Assembly (NCBI GenBank): GCA_029210125.1
Contig: JARGPR010000002.1
Coordinates: 18,919-82,918, forward strand
Direction of reading: 5' to 3'
Source: Pseudomonadales bacterium
GTDB taxonomy: Bacteria; Pseudomonadota; Gammaproteobacteria; Pseudomonadales; JAHRWD01
DNA length: 64,000 nt
Shown: one piece after another, positions 19,625-29,139 of the stretch
Position numbering within the stretch: position 1 is the first letter of the stretch
Layout: each line of letters starts with the position of its first letter
Translations under genes and position numbers: made by a program
Notes under the pieces: model-generated
Told to the model about the DNA's origin: nothing
What the model saw: only the letters and a program-made list of their open reading frames with translations
The model's database searches: none

Positions 19625-22600
19625 ATGGCTACACACCAGGATGATCCGACAATACAAAAGGATATTATTTACATTGTAGGGGAAAGCAGCGGTGTAAAGA
19701 GTGCGTTACATGCCTCTATTCACTCCGACAGATATTGCGTAGAAATTTACAAGAATTACCCCGAATTTGAATCCGCATGTCGGGTCAAAAAACCTACCGT
19801 TATCTTGTTTGACGTGGCTTCCCCCGAAAGCGCCGAAATTTCAGACTGTATTGTAAACTTACAGGCAGGAGTTGCTCATCAGCCACCGGTTATAGCTATC
19901 GGTAATTCTAATCAGATCGAACAACGCCTCCATGCGGCCCGTTGTAGTGCAAGCCGTTACATAACGAATCCCATAGATCCTGTGCGGCTACTCCATTCGA
20001 TTGATGATCTTGCTGAATCCACAAGCCGCTCCGCTTTTCGTATTCTATTAATTGATGATGAAGTGGAAATACTGGCCTGTTATTCAGAGTTACTTAGTGA
20101 CGCCGGGATGGTAACTGAAACACTCAGTGACCCATACCAGGTGCTGCCAGCTCTGGAAACATTTACTCCAGACCTCATATTGCTTGACCTTCACATGCCT
20201 GATCTTACAGGGCTTGAGTTGGGCAAAGTGATTCGACAGGATTACCGGCACGACCACATCCCGATTGTTTTTCTATCCTCAGAAACCAACCTACAGCATC
20301 AGAAAGAGGTGTTTAGTTTTGGCGCAGATGGTTTTGTGACCAAGCCGCTAAAGAATTCAAACATATTTGTATCGGAAATCAGAGCAAGGGCCCGAAGAGC
20401 CCGCAGGTCCAAAAGAATATCCGATGACTACCTGTCTGCCTTGCGGGAAAGTCTCTCCCGCCAGGAAGTGATAGACCGCCATGCCATCGTCAGCATTACC
20501 GACACCCATGGCAACATAACCTATGTAAATCAAAAATCCTGTGAAGTCAGCGGCTACGAAACCGATGAACAGGTCGGGAAAAATTGCCGGATACACAGTT
20601 CAGGGCATCATCCCCGCTCATTTTATAAAGAGATTTGGGCTTCACTAAAAACTGGAAAAACCTGGAACGGTACGTTTTGTAATCGGCATAAAAACGGTAC
20701 GGAGTACTGGCTAGAGTCCACAGTTGTGCCGTTTTTAGATGAAAATGGAACACCCTACCAATACGTATCCGCCAGTACAGACATTACAGTGATGAAATCC
20801 AGTGAAGAGCGACTTCGTAGAAGTCAGGTCTTTGCAAACATAGGTACCTGGGACTGGGACATTAAAACCGGTAAGGTTTTTTGGTCCGAATGCGTAAGCG
20901 AAATGCTTGGCTGCGACAAACCAGAAATACAACATACACCCAAGCGGTTTATTAACAGCATGTACGAAGGCGACCGAGAAAAGTCGGCGCTGGCGATAGA
21001 AAACTGCATCGAAAGAGGTGAATCATATGAGATCGAATACCGAGTCATTTGGCCAGACGGTAGTGCTCACTGGATTCACGAAAAAGGAGATGTGCTACGG
21101 GATGAAAATACCGGGGAACCGCTGCGTATGTTGGGTATCGTGCAGGATATATCTGAACGCAAAACGCTTGAGAAGGAGTTATCTCGTCACAAAAGTGCAA
21201 TGGATGCATCTATGTACGGAATGGCGATACTAAATCTTGATGAAACCTTTCGATACGTCAACCCAGCATGGGCGAAATTGCACGGGTATAGCAACGTAGA
21301 TGATATACAAAATAAAAACTGGAAAAAGTTGGTGCCCGTTGACACTCACTCACAATACTACGACGAAATTTTTCCCTCACTAGAAACCACTGGCCATTGG
21401 CAAGGCGAGTCAGTGAGCATCAAACAAGACGGAACCTGTTTCAAGCAACGGCTGTTTCTGGATGTCCTTGGAAAAATTGGGATCGTCTGCACAATTCAAG
21501 ATATTACAATCGAAAAAAAGAATGAGAAAATTCTACAAAACGCTGCGCGGCAAGCAGAGAAAGCAAATCAGGAAAAGTCCAATTTTCTTTCGAGCATGAG
21601 CCATGAGTTACGAACTCCACTAAACGCAATACTGGGGTTTGGTCAGCTGATTCAACTAGAGGCTGGCCCATCTTCCGAGAACCCAATCAAGGAATATACC
21701 GATGAGATCATCAATGCCGGAAATCATCTGTTAACACTTATAAATGAAATACTTGATCTCTCAAAAATTGAATCTGGAAATATTAAACCAGAGATACAAC
21801 CAGTACTCTTACTCGATCTAATTATTGAATGTATCTCTCTTCTGACATCTCTTGCAGCTGAAAACAATATTGAAATACTATTAAAATCAGCCGACTCTTT
21901 TATCCATTCGACAACTGAAGAGCACACTTCGTTATGTTGTGATGTAGATCCTACTCTGACCAAACAAGCGCTGATCAACCTGATTGGAAATGCAATCAAG
22001 TACAATCGTGAACACGGCAAGGTAACCATTGAATGCGATGTGGTTTTTGGAAAAAAAATACGCATCAGCATTAAGGACACCGGATACGGTTTATCAAAAA
22101 GCCAACAATCAAAACTGTTTCAGCCATTTCAAAGACTGATACCTGAACATAAAAAGAGTGTTATTGAAGGTACAGGAATTGGTTTAACCATCACCAAGAA
22201 TTTGATCGAACTTATGCATGGCTCTATTGGTTTTGTAAGCCAACCCACTAAGGGAAGCACGTTCTGGATTGAATTACCCCAAACCAACTCTATCGACCAC
22301 GGCAAAACAGATAACCAGGTCTCACCCAGTAAAATCGAATTGATACCGACTACCCCCTCGGACCACAACTATTCCATACTTTATATTGAAGACAACCCCG
22401 CCAACCTGAGGTTGGTGGAAGGGTTATTAGGCCACCGAAACAACCTAAACCTTATTACCGCCAATGAACCATTTTCAGGTATAGAGCTAGCAGAAAAACA
22501 GGTTCCTGATTTGATCCTGCTAGATATTAACCTACCAGAAATGAACGGATTTCAAGTCATGGAAAAGCTTTCAAAACACGAAATAACTAGGGAGATCCCT

Positions 22601-22735
22601 GTGATAGCAGTCTCTGCAAATGCGATGCCGGAGGATATTTCAAAAGCACTTGAAGCCGGATTTTATAGCTACGTAACAAAACCGATTGAGCTCTCCGCGA
22701 TGATCGAATCGATCGAAGACGCTCTACAAGGTTAG
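19625..22735 (+). CDS. hybrid sensor histidine kinase: pseudo-REC, REC, 3x PAS, HisKA, HATPase, REC
   Basis: The first receiver-like domain lacks the DD pair and Lys ('IVGESS', 'ITNPID'). The second is canonical ('LLIDDE', 'LILLDLHMPD', 'FVTKPL'). H-box 'SHELRTPLNAILGF', N/G boxes 'NLIGNAIKYN', 'DTGYGL', 'GTGIGLTI'. The C-terminal REC is 'LILLDINLPEMNG...YVTKPIE'. Confidence 0.9.
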   Translation: MATHQDDPTIQKDIIYIVGESSGVKSALHASIHSDRYCVEIYKNYPEFESACRVKKPTVILFDVASPESAEISDCIVNLQAGVAHQPPVIAIGNSNQIEQRLHAARCSASRYITNPIDPVRLLHSIDDLAESTSRSAFRILLIDDEVEILACYSELLSDAGMVTETLSDPYQVLPALETFTPDLILLDLHMPDLTGLELGKVIRQDYRHDHIPIVFLSSETNLQHQKEVFSFGADGFVTKPLKNSNIFVSEIRARARRARRSKRISDDYLSALRESLSRQEVIDRHAIVSITDTHGNITYVNQKSCEVSGYETDEQVGKNCRIHSSGHHPRSFYKEIWASLKTGKTWNGTFCNRHKNGTEYWLESTVVPFLDENGTPYQYVSASTDITVMKSSEERLRRSQVFANIGTWDWDIKTGKVFWSECVSEMLGCDKPEIQHTPKRFINSMYEGDREKSALAIENCIERGESYEIEYRVIWPDGSAHWIHEKGDVLRDENTGEPLRMLGIVQDISERKTLEKELSRHKSAMDASMYGMAILNLDETFRYVNPAWAKLHGYSNVDDIQNKNWKKLVPVDTHSQYYDEIFPSLETTGHWQGESVSIKQDGTCFKQRLFLDVLGKIGIVCTIQDITIEKKNEKILQNAARQAEKANQEKSNFLSSMSHELRTPLNAILGFGQLIQLEAGPSSENPIKEYTDEIINAGNHLLTLINEILDLSKIESGNIKPEIQPVLLLDLIIECISLLTSLAAENNIEILLKSADSFIHSTTEEHTSLCCDVDPTLTKQALINLIGNAIKYNREHGKVTIECDVVFGKKIRISIKDTGYGLSKSQQSKLFQPFQRLIPEHKKSVIEGTGIGLTITKNLIELMHGSIGFVSQPTKGSTFWIELPQTNSIDHGKTDNQVSPSKIELIPTTPSDHNYSILYIEDNPANLRLVEGLLGHRNNLNLITANEPFSGIELAEKQVPDLILLDINLPEMNGFQVMEKLSKHEITREIPVIAVSANAMPEDISKALEAGFYSYVTKPIELSAMIESIEDALQG

Positions 22736-22784
22736 CTAATATCGACTTTTGTACTTACGAAACAGACACCACGAACCCAAAACT

Positions 22785-25700
22785 ATGAGCTTCATTCCCA
22801 CCAAAGCAGATAAAGAAGATAAGTTGATTGAGCAACTGGCGTATCACCACCAAACCTTCTTTTCCTTTATTCAGAATAATGCATCCAAGTTATCCCTGTT
22901 GTGGAAGAGATACGGCGATACCAAAAACCCAATCGACATCTATGTAAAACCATCACAACAAGCGGTTGAGAGTATGATGGAATACGCATCTGTCATGGAT
23001 CATCCGGCTCTGTACGCGAATATCGTAGGGATAAGAAATAGCCTTAAAAAAATTGAAACCGGTATAGCACATCAGCAACGGGAGCAAGTTGCCGATGAAG
23101 TCCTTGCCATCACCAAAAAATTTGCGGTTTTGATAGCCGAATCCGAATATTGTTCTGCAACTACTCGCGATTCGAAATTACAACTGATGTTTGAGCGTTT
23201 AACGGCCCTTAGATCCTTCGATATAAATCATGAAGTGTCACAGGGCGTCACCATTTTCTCAAAATATTCAGATGAGCTTCGTGGTTGTCATGCAAATTTC
23301 AGAGGGTTTGATTACGTCATTCACGAACCCAATAATATTCTGGAATTGGAGCGATTATATGAGGGAAAAAACCCGACCGTTCTCATCATAGATGATGAAA
23401 AACTCGATGAGCCTGGGGTAAAGACGCTCATAATAAAAATCAAGAGCGCGCTTACCGAAAGGTTACGGTTGATACTGATTTCAAATTCTAACTCCCACGA
23501 GAGCGAACTCGCAGCGGTTAGGATAGGGGCTAACCAACACCTGGTGAGACCCATCGACAAATTCAGGTTAACCGATATATTAAAAAACACAGCTCTCATA
23601 CGATCAACAAGCCTTACTGGCCTTGTTGTTAATCAGATAGCGGCTCTTAACGATTATATCGAATTTATATTTAGCTTCGTCGGAATAGATATCATAAAAG
23701 CCATTAACGCCAAACAAGTATCACCAAAGATAAAACAATATAGACCTGAATTTGTAATACTATCCGATGCTGATCCAAGTATTGAAGCACATGAAATAGC
23801 AAAATTTATACGATATGACCAAAAAAATTCCGCAATCTGCATTCATCAATTATCCAACTCCAGCACGATTAAAAGCAGGTTTGGCAGCGTACAACAAAAC
23901 ATTAACCAAACAATAAATGGGCCTATATCTGCAGAATCTTTGATTCAAACAATATTCGGCAAAACACTCGAGTTCTATTCCGTCGCGGCAAGGCAACCAA
24001 CCTTCGAAAAAGAATTACTGAGCACGCTTAATCAACACGCCATCGTATCCGTAACCGATAGAGCCGGTATTATTGACTACGCCAACGATCAGTTTTGTAA
24101 AGTCAGCAAATATGATCGCAAAGAACTGATCGGCAGAGATCATAGCCTGCTCAACTCAGATCATCACCCAACTGAATTTTTCCGGCAGATGTGGCGCACC
24201 ATTTCAGCCGGAAAAACCTGGAAAGGTATCGTTAAAAACAAAGCAAAGGATGGTTCAACGTACTGGGTCGATTCTACCATCCACCCAGTTTTGAATGATC
24301 TTGGTGTAGCATATCGGTATATTTCAATTCGGACTGACATCACTGATTCTGTATTGTTGAAGCACCAATACGAAGAGCAACGAAACGAGCTTCAGTTAAT
24401 TATTGATTCAGCTCCAAGCATACTCTTGTTCGTAGACCAGAATGGAGTACTCCGAAAAGTTAATAGATCAGCCTCTAAAGCCTTTGCTAAACCAGTAGAT
24501 CAACTTGAAGGTTTTCCTCTTGCACAATTCTTTGATAGCGATGATATCGAAACCATCACATCCGGTTGCCGTCGGGTCATACAATCTGGAAAAGCTGAAT
24601 ATGGGGTAGTTGAGCAGATAAACGTCATGGGGTCTGCTCGCTGGATCAGCTCCAGCATTATTCCCTTTACGGATACCATGATTCAAGCATCGGGAGCGCT
24701 TATCTTTGCAGATGATATCTCAGACTTAATTGAATCCCGCAAGGAGCTAGAAGCCAGTGAAAAACGGCTACAAACCAGCCAGTCCTTAGGCAAGATTGGC
24801 AGCTGGGATTTCGATGTAACCAGCAGCATCATTCATATTTCAGATGCTTTTTTTGACATTTTGGGCATCCCGTCCTCGCACCGAGGTGAAGGTCTCTCGG
24901 AAGAAATACTTGCTATGGTTCATCGCGAAGACCAACCAAAATACAGTAATATTTTACGTGCAGCAATCGCTGGAGAACACCCAAACGGTTTTACTTTTGA
25001 CTACCGGGTCATTCGAAATGACAGATCTGTTATCTGGCTTAGCCTGACAGCAAATTCAACCCGTGATCCAGACGGTTCCAATATTCATTTAATGGGTGTT
25101 ACCCGAGATATCACAGCTCAAACACATCTTATGCAGCAGCGGGATGAATACGAAAAAAGGCTCATTGATGCTAAGAATGAAGCAGAGACAGCCAACAGAG
25201 CAAAATCAATTTTTCTCTCTAGCATGAGCCATGAACTAAGAACACCATTAAACGCAATTATCGGCTTTAGCCAGCTAATGCTTATGGAGGCCGATTCAAA
25301 TACTGACCCACAATTGCTGAGCTATCCAACGGAAATTTTTAATGCCGGGCAGCACCTGCTAGATCTTATAAACGATATATTAGATCTCGCTCGAATCGAG
25401 TCGGGAAAACAGGAAGTTTTGATTAAGTCTGTTGAATTATCAACTCTACTCTCGGAGACCATTAGCCTTATTAGTCCACTGTTATCCGAGCATTTTCTCA
25501 CGTTAAATATTTACTTTGATGGCACCGCTACACTTGCAGGGCAGGTATCTGCCGAAATCCTTGTACGGGCAGATCGGAAACAACTGAAGCAATGTCTGCT
25601 CAATTTGATCAGCAATGCGATAAAATACAATCGTAAAGGCGGTCAAATCGATATACATATCAACACATGTGACGACGGTCAGGTTTATATTGGAGTTGCT

Positions 25701-26339
25701 GATTCCGGCATTGGGCTGTCGGAACAGCAGCAGGAAAACTTGTTTCAACCCTTTTCCCGACTTTCCGAAAACCATGATGAAATAGAAGGAACTGGGATTG
25801 GACTAGTCATCACCAAACAAATGATCCAACAAATGCACGGTACCATCGGTGTCAAAAGTACCCTCGGAGAAGGCAGCACTTTCTGGATAAAACTTCCGGG
25901 AATCCACCGGGCCAACACTTTTGAAGCAGAAGCAGAAGCAATCAGTTTGGCCTCATCTATGTCCACCACTGCCACCCAACATATATTGTATGTTGAAGAT
26001 AATCCGGGAAACCTTAATCTGATTGAAAATATATTAAAAAGCCGCCCATCAATTAAGCTTGTAACTACAGAGGATCCGCAGATGTGCATCCCGTTAGCGA
26101 GTAAACACCAGCCGAAGTTGATTTTACTTAACGCCAATCTTGCTGACCAAAATGGCTACAATTTACTTGTCGAACTAAGTAGGCAGAAAGAAGCTGCTGC
26201 AATTCCAGTCATATCTATCGGCCATCCAATCGCTGGCATTCCATCAAAGAAACAGAGTGGAGCGGGTTTCGATCATTACATATCCCATCCCATCAATATT
26301 CATGAGCTACTGAAAAACCTCGATCGCTTGATTGACTAA
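22785..26339 (+). CDS. hybrid-type sensor histidine kinase paralogue with degenerate receivers
   Basis: Unknown 190-aa N-terminus, two degenerate REC-like domains, three PAS domains and H-box 'SHELRTPLNAIIGF' plus HATPase boxes. The C-terminal receiver has Asn at the phospho-Asp position ('LILLNANLADQNG') and His for the conserved Lys ('YISHPIN'). Start at ATG 22785. Confidence 0.9.
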   Translation: MSFIPTKADKEDKLIEQLAYHHQTFFSFIQNNASKLSLLWKRYGDTKNPIDIYVKPSQQAVESMMEYASVMDHPALYANIVGIRNSLKKIETGIAHQQREQVADEVLAITKKFAVLIAESEYCSATTRDSKLQLMFERLTALRSFDINHEVSQGVTIFSKYSDELRGCHANFRGFDYVIHEPNNILELERLYEGKNPTVLIIDDEKLDEPGVKTLIIKIKSALTERLRLILISNSNSHESELAAVRIGANQHLVRPIDKFRLTDILKNTALIRSTSLTGLVVNQIAALNDYIEFIFSFVGIDIIKAINAKQVSPKIKQYRPEFVILSDADPSIEAHEIAKFIRYDQKNSAICIHQLSNSSTIKSRFGSVQQNINQTINGPISAESLIQTIFGKTLEFYSVAARQPTFEKELLSTLNQHAIVSVTDRAGIIDYANDQFCKVSKYDRKELIGRDHSLLNSDHHPTEFFRQMWRTISAGKTWKGIVKNKAKDGSTYWVDSTIHPVLNDLGVAYRYISIRTDITDSVLLKHQYEEQRNELQLIIDSAPSILLFVDQNGVLRKVNRSASKAFAKPVDQLEGFPLAQFFDSDDIETITSGCRRVIQSGKAEYGVVEQINVMGSARWISSSIIPFTDTMIQASGALIFADDISDLIESRKELEASEKRLQTSQSLGKIGSWDFDVTSSIIHISDAFFDILGIPSSHRGEGLSEEILAMVHREDQPKYSNILRAAIAGEHPNGFTFDYRVIRNDRSVIWLSLTANSTRDPDGSNIHLMGVTRDITAQTHLMQQRDEYEKRLIDAKNEAETANRAKSIFLSSMSHELRTPLNAIIGFSQLMLMEADSNTDPQLLSYPTEIFNAGQHLLDLINDILDLARIESGKQEVLIKSVELSTLLSETISLISPLLSEHFLTLNIYFDGTATLAGQVSAEILVRADRKQLKQCLLNLISNAIKYNRKGGQIDIHINTCDDGQVYIGVADSGIGLSEQQQENLFQPFSRLSENHDEIEGTGIGLVITKQMIQQMHGTIGVKSTLGEGSTFWIKLPGIHRANTFEAEAEAISLASSMSTTATQHILYVEDNPGNLNLIENILKSRPSIKLVTTEDPQMCIPLASKHQPKLILLNANLADQNGYNLLVELSRQKEAAAIPVISIGHPIAGIPSKKQSGAGFDHYISHPINIHELLKNLDRLID

Positions 26340-26481
26340 CCTCAACAAGTTCTCAATAGATAAACCTCGATCGGATGAGAATACAAAATGAAGACGAATA
26401 TCGGCCATTCGCACAGGCATGGACTACAATTTTTTATAGCTTTCACAAAAAAACACTAATGGCCGAACAAGGAATCCGTAG

Positions 26482-27594
26482 ATGAGTAACCACTCTCCGG
26501 CAATCAAACTCGATATAAAAAGCGCCTCGCTGCTCCTGGTGGATGATGAAGCAGCCAACCTGCGACTTTTGAGCACCGTACTCGTGCAAGCCGGTTACAC
26601 CAACATTGTATCAACTGAAGATCCGCGTGAGGCTTTACCCCTGCAGCTTGAGCACAACTGCGATCTGGTATTACTCGATCTCAATATGCCACATATGGAT
26701 GGCTATGAGGTTATGGAGCAGTTCAGCGCTGTTTTAGGGGATCAATTACCCCCAATACTGATAATAACCGCCCAGGAATTCCAGGGCCTCCGCCAACGGG
26801 CCTTTGATGCAGGTGCCCGTGATTACGTCACTAAACCCTTTGATGTTGCAGAACTATTGTCCCGGGTCTGCAATCTGATTGAAATGAAATTAGCCTATGA
26901 CTACATTTCACAACAAAACGAAAAATTAGAACAACGAGTATGGGACAGAACCGCGGAACTGATCAATACACAAAAAGAGCTTCATGATAGTCGATTACAG
27001 GTTGTACGCCGTTTAGGCCGCGCATCCGAGTACCGAGACAATGAAACCGGCTTGCATATCATTCGTATGAGTGAATTTGCAGCATGTATTGGAAAAAGCA
27101 TTGGAATGGACAGATACGTTTGTGACCTGCTGCTCAATGCATCGCCAATGCACGATATTGGCAAGATAGGTATACCCGATGGAATCCTACTTAAAAATGG
27201 GAAACTTGATGCCGACGAATGGGAAATCATGAAAACCCACGCTCAAATTGGTGCCGACATTCTGGCCGACCCCGACTCAGATTTATTGATAATGGCCGCC
27301 GAAATCGCGTTATCCCACCATGAAAAATGGGATGGATCCGGCTACCCCAACGGCCTAAAAGGGGAAGAGATCCCCATTAGTGGTCGCATCACGGCGATAG
27401 CAGATGTATTTGATGCCTTAACTTCCGAACGTCCCTACAAAAAAACCTGGCCTGTTGACGATGCCGTAGATTTGATCAAAAAGGAAAGTGGTCATCATTT
27501 CGACCCGATGCTCGTTGAACACTTCCTCAAGGTTTTGCCGGAAATCATTGAACTCAAGAACCTATATCAGGAGCCGGAAGATAGTCATGAATAG
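26482..27594 (+). CDS. response regulator with HD-GYP domain (c-di-GMP phosphodiesterase type)
   Basis: REC ('LLVDDE', '[13 protein letters not shown]', 'YVTKPF') followed by HD-GYP ('[11 protein letters not shown]', '[14 protein letters not shown]'). Confidence 0.9.
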   Translation: MSNHSPAIKLDIKSASLLLVDDEAANLRLLSTVLVQAGYTNIVSTEDPREALPLQLEHNCDLVLLDLNMPHMDGYEVMEQFSAVLGDQLPPILIITAQEFQGLRQRAFDAGARDYVTKPFDVAELLSRVCNLIEMKLAYDYISQQNEKLEQRVWDRTAELINTQKELHDSRLQVVRRLGRASEYRDNETGLHIIRMSEFAACIGKSIGMDRYVCDLLLNASPMHDIGKIGIPDGILLKNGKLDADEWEIMKTHAQIGADILADPDSDLLIMAAEIALSHHEKWDGSGYPNGLKGEEIPISGRITAIADVFDALTSERPYKKTWPVDDAVDLIKKESGHHFDPMLVEHFLKVLPEIIELKNLYQEPEDSHE

Positions 27595-28765
27595 TCAACT
27601 AATTAATACCTGGCCAGCATGGATGGCTTCGTTCATGGTTGCTGCCATCTGTTACTTTGTAACAACGTTGACTACTCCAATCGCATTGGTGTTAATAATC
27701 TCTGGCATCTGGATGCTGCAAGCGACCTTCACAAATATTGGATATTCACCATCTCTTTCCCAGGCGCAAGAAGACAGCTCCCACGACATTCCAGATCTAT
27801 CTGCACAGATAGAAAAACTGGCTATACATATAAGCCACGAGATCACTCCACTGCTAGAATCATTGGATCAGATTCGGTCTGTGGTATCAGATGCCAATGG
27901 TAAACTGCAAAATGGTTTTGTAAATTTGACCAAAAATTCAGATACCCAAAATGACCTTACCCACGGTATCCTCACTCAACTCCGATCCGAAGTCGAAGAT
28001 AATCAGTCAGCACTTGTCTTTGACACCTTCGCTGACGAGACCCTAGTGGTGCTGAAGAACTACGTTGACCTTGCAATTAACGTCAGCGATAAAAGCATTG
28101 AAGCCGCCTATAAGATGGAAGATATGCTGGTTCATATGGAGGCTATGGAAACCCTTCTTTCTGATATTAGCTACATATCCAGCCAAACCGGTTTACTTTC
28201 CCTGAATGCCGCAATCGAAGCGGCGCGGGCTGGTGAACATGGACGAGGTTTTGCCGTTGTGGCCACGGAGATACGGAACCTTGCTGAACAATCAAAAGAT
28301 ATTAACGACAGAGTCCAGCAACAGCTCACACTCAATAAGCTAGCGGTTAATGAGAGCAGCAGGATTGTTGGGGAAATTGCTACCCTGGATCTAGATTTGG
28401 CACTTGATGCAAGAGAGAAACTGGATGATATGGTGCAGGAGCTACAGCAGGTTAACCGCTACGTATCAGAGAACCTATTAACCTCTTCCACGATTACCAA
28501 CGCGATTCGATCAGATGTTTCCAATATCGTCACTGCACTTCAATACGAGGATATAGTATCACAGCTGGTGTCGTTTATTGATTCAAAATTAAGCGCTGTA
28601 AATCAAGCTGCTGACGCGGTGCAAAAGAAACTTAACAACAATAGCGGACTGAACGAAATACTCGAAGCCATTGATGATATCGATCAAAACCACCCGCTAT
28701 CAAAAACTGATCATCGTGCGGTCACGTCGACGACAATTGAAGAAGGCGAAGTCGAATTATTCTAG
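27587..28765 (+). CDS. methyl-accepting chemotaxis-type transducer without a sensory domain
   Basis: N-terminal TM hairpin with no periplasmic loop or HAMP. Conserved MCP hairpin tip '[34 protein letters not shown]'. ATG 27587 overlaps the upstream stop by 8 nt. Confidence 0.85.
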   Translation: MNSQLINTWPAWMASFMVAAICYFVTTLTTPIALVLIISGIWMLQATFTNIGYSPSLSQAQEDSSHDIPDLSAQIEKLAIHISHEITPLLESLDQIRSVVSDANGKLQNGFVNLTKNSDTQNDLTHGILTQLRSEVEDNQSALVFDTFADETLVVLKNYVDLAINVSDKSIEAAYKMEDMLVHMEAMETLLSDISYISSQTGLLSLNAAIEAARAGEHGRGFAVVATEIRNLAEQSKDINDRVQQQLTLNKLAVNESSRIVGEIATLDLDLALDAREKLDDMVQELQQVNRYVSENLLTSSTITNAIRSDVSNIVTALQYEDIVSQLVSFIDSKLSAVNQAADAVQKKLNNNSGLNEILEAIDDIDQNHPLSKTDHRAVTSTTIEEGEVELF

Positions 28766-28833
28766 TTAGCAGCGGTAACCATGCATAAATTGATTATAAA
28801 AATACTGTATGAAGCAGTAAACGGAATATAAAG

Positions 28834-29139
28834 ATGAATGTAAGAAGCGTGTTTTCGCCAGATAACAACAACCTTAAAATTGAGGTGACCGGAAAGTTCG
28901 ATTACAGTCTACTCAGTAAGTTTAGAGAAGCCTATAGTGATGAAAATCACCGCGACGCCAATATCACACTGGATCTACGTGATACGACATCTATCGACAG
29001 TTCAGCATTGGGAATGCTGTTGAATATGAGGCGTTATATGGGGGATCAAACCGATAATATCGTCATAATAAACTGCAATACGAGCGTAAAGAAAATACTC
29101 ATGATTTCACGTTTTGATCAGCAGTTTTCTATCGAATGA
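28834..29139 (+). CDS. STAS-domain anti-sigma-factor antagonist (SpoIIAA/RsbV/HsbA type)
   Basis: 101 aa. 'LDLRDTTSIDSSALGMLL' retains the DSS phosphorylatable-Ser motif (codons 28996-29004). Confidence 0.8.
   Translation: MNVRSVFSPDNNNLKIEVTGKFDYSLLSKFREAYSDENHRDANITLDLRDTTSIDSSALGMLLNMRRYMGDQTDNIVIINCNTSVKKILMISRFDQQFSIE

Noticed and set aside
25745-26137. Long antisense ORFs lie inside real genes: 130 aa here, plus 135 aa at 51641-52048, 118 aa at 21724-22080 and 105 aa at 40884-41201.
   Set aside because: Each lies fully inside a strongly supported gene on the other strand and has no recognisable motifs. This is typical shadow-frame behaviour.
28751-28765. The C-terminal 'EVELF' of the MCP was considered as a CheR/CheB-tethering pentapeptide.
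   Set aside because: The canonical motif (NWETF-like) requires Trp at position -4, and here that residue is Val.
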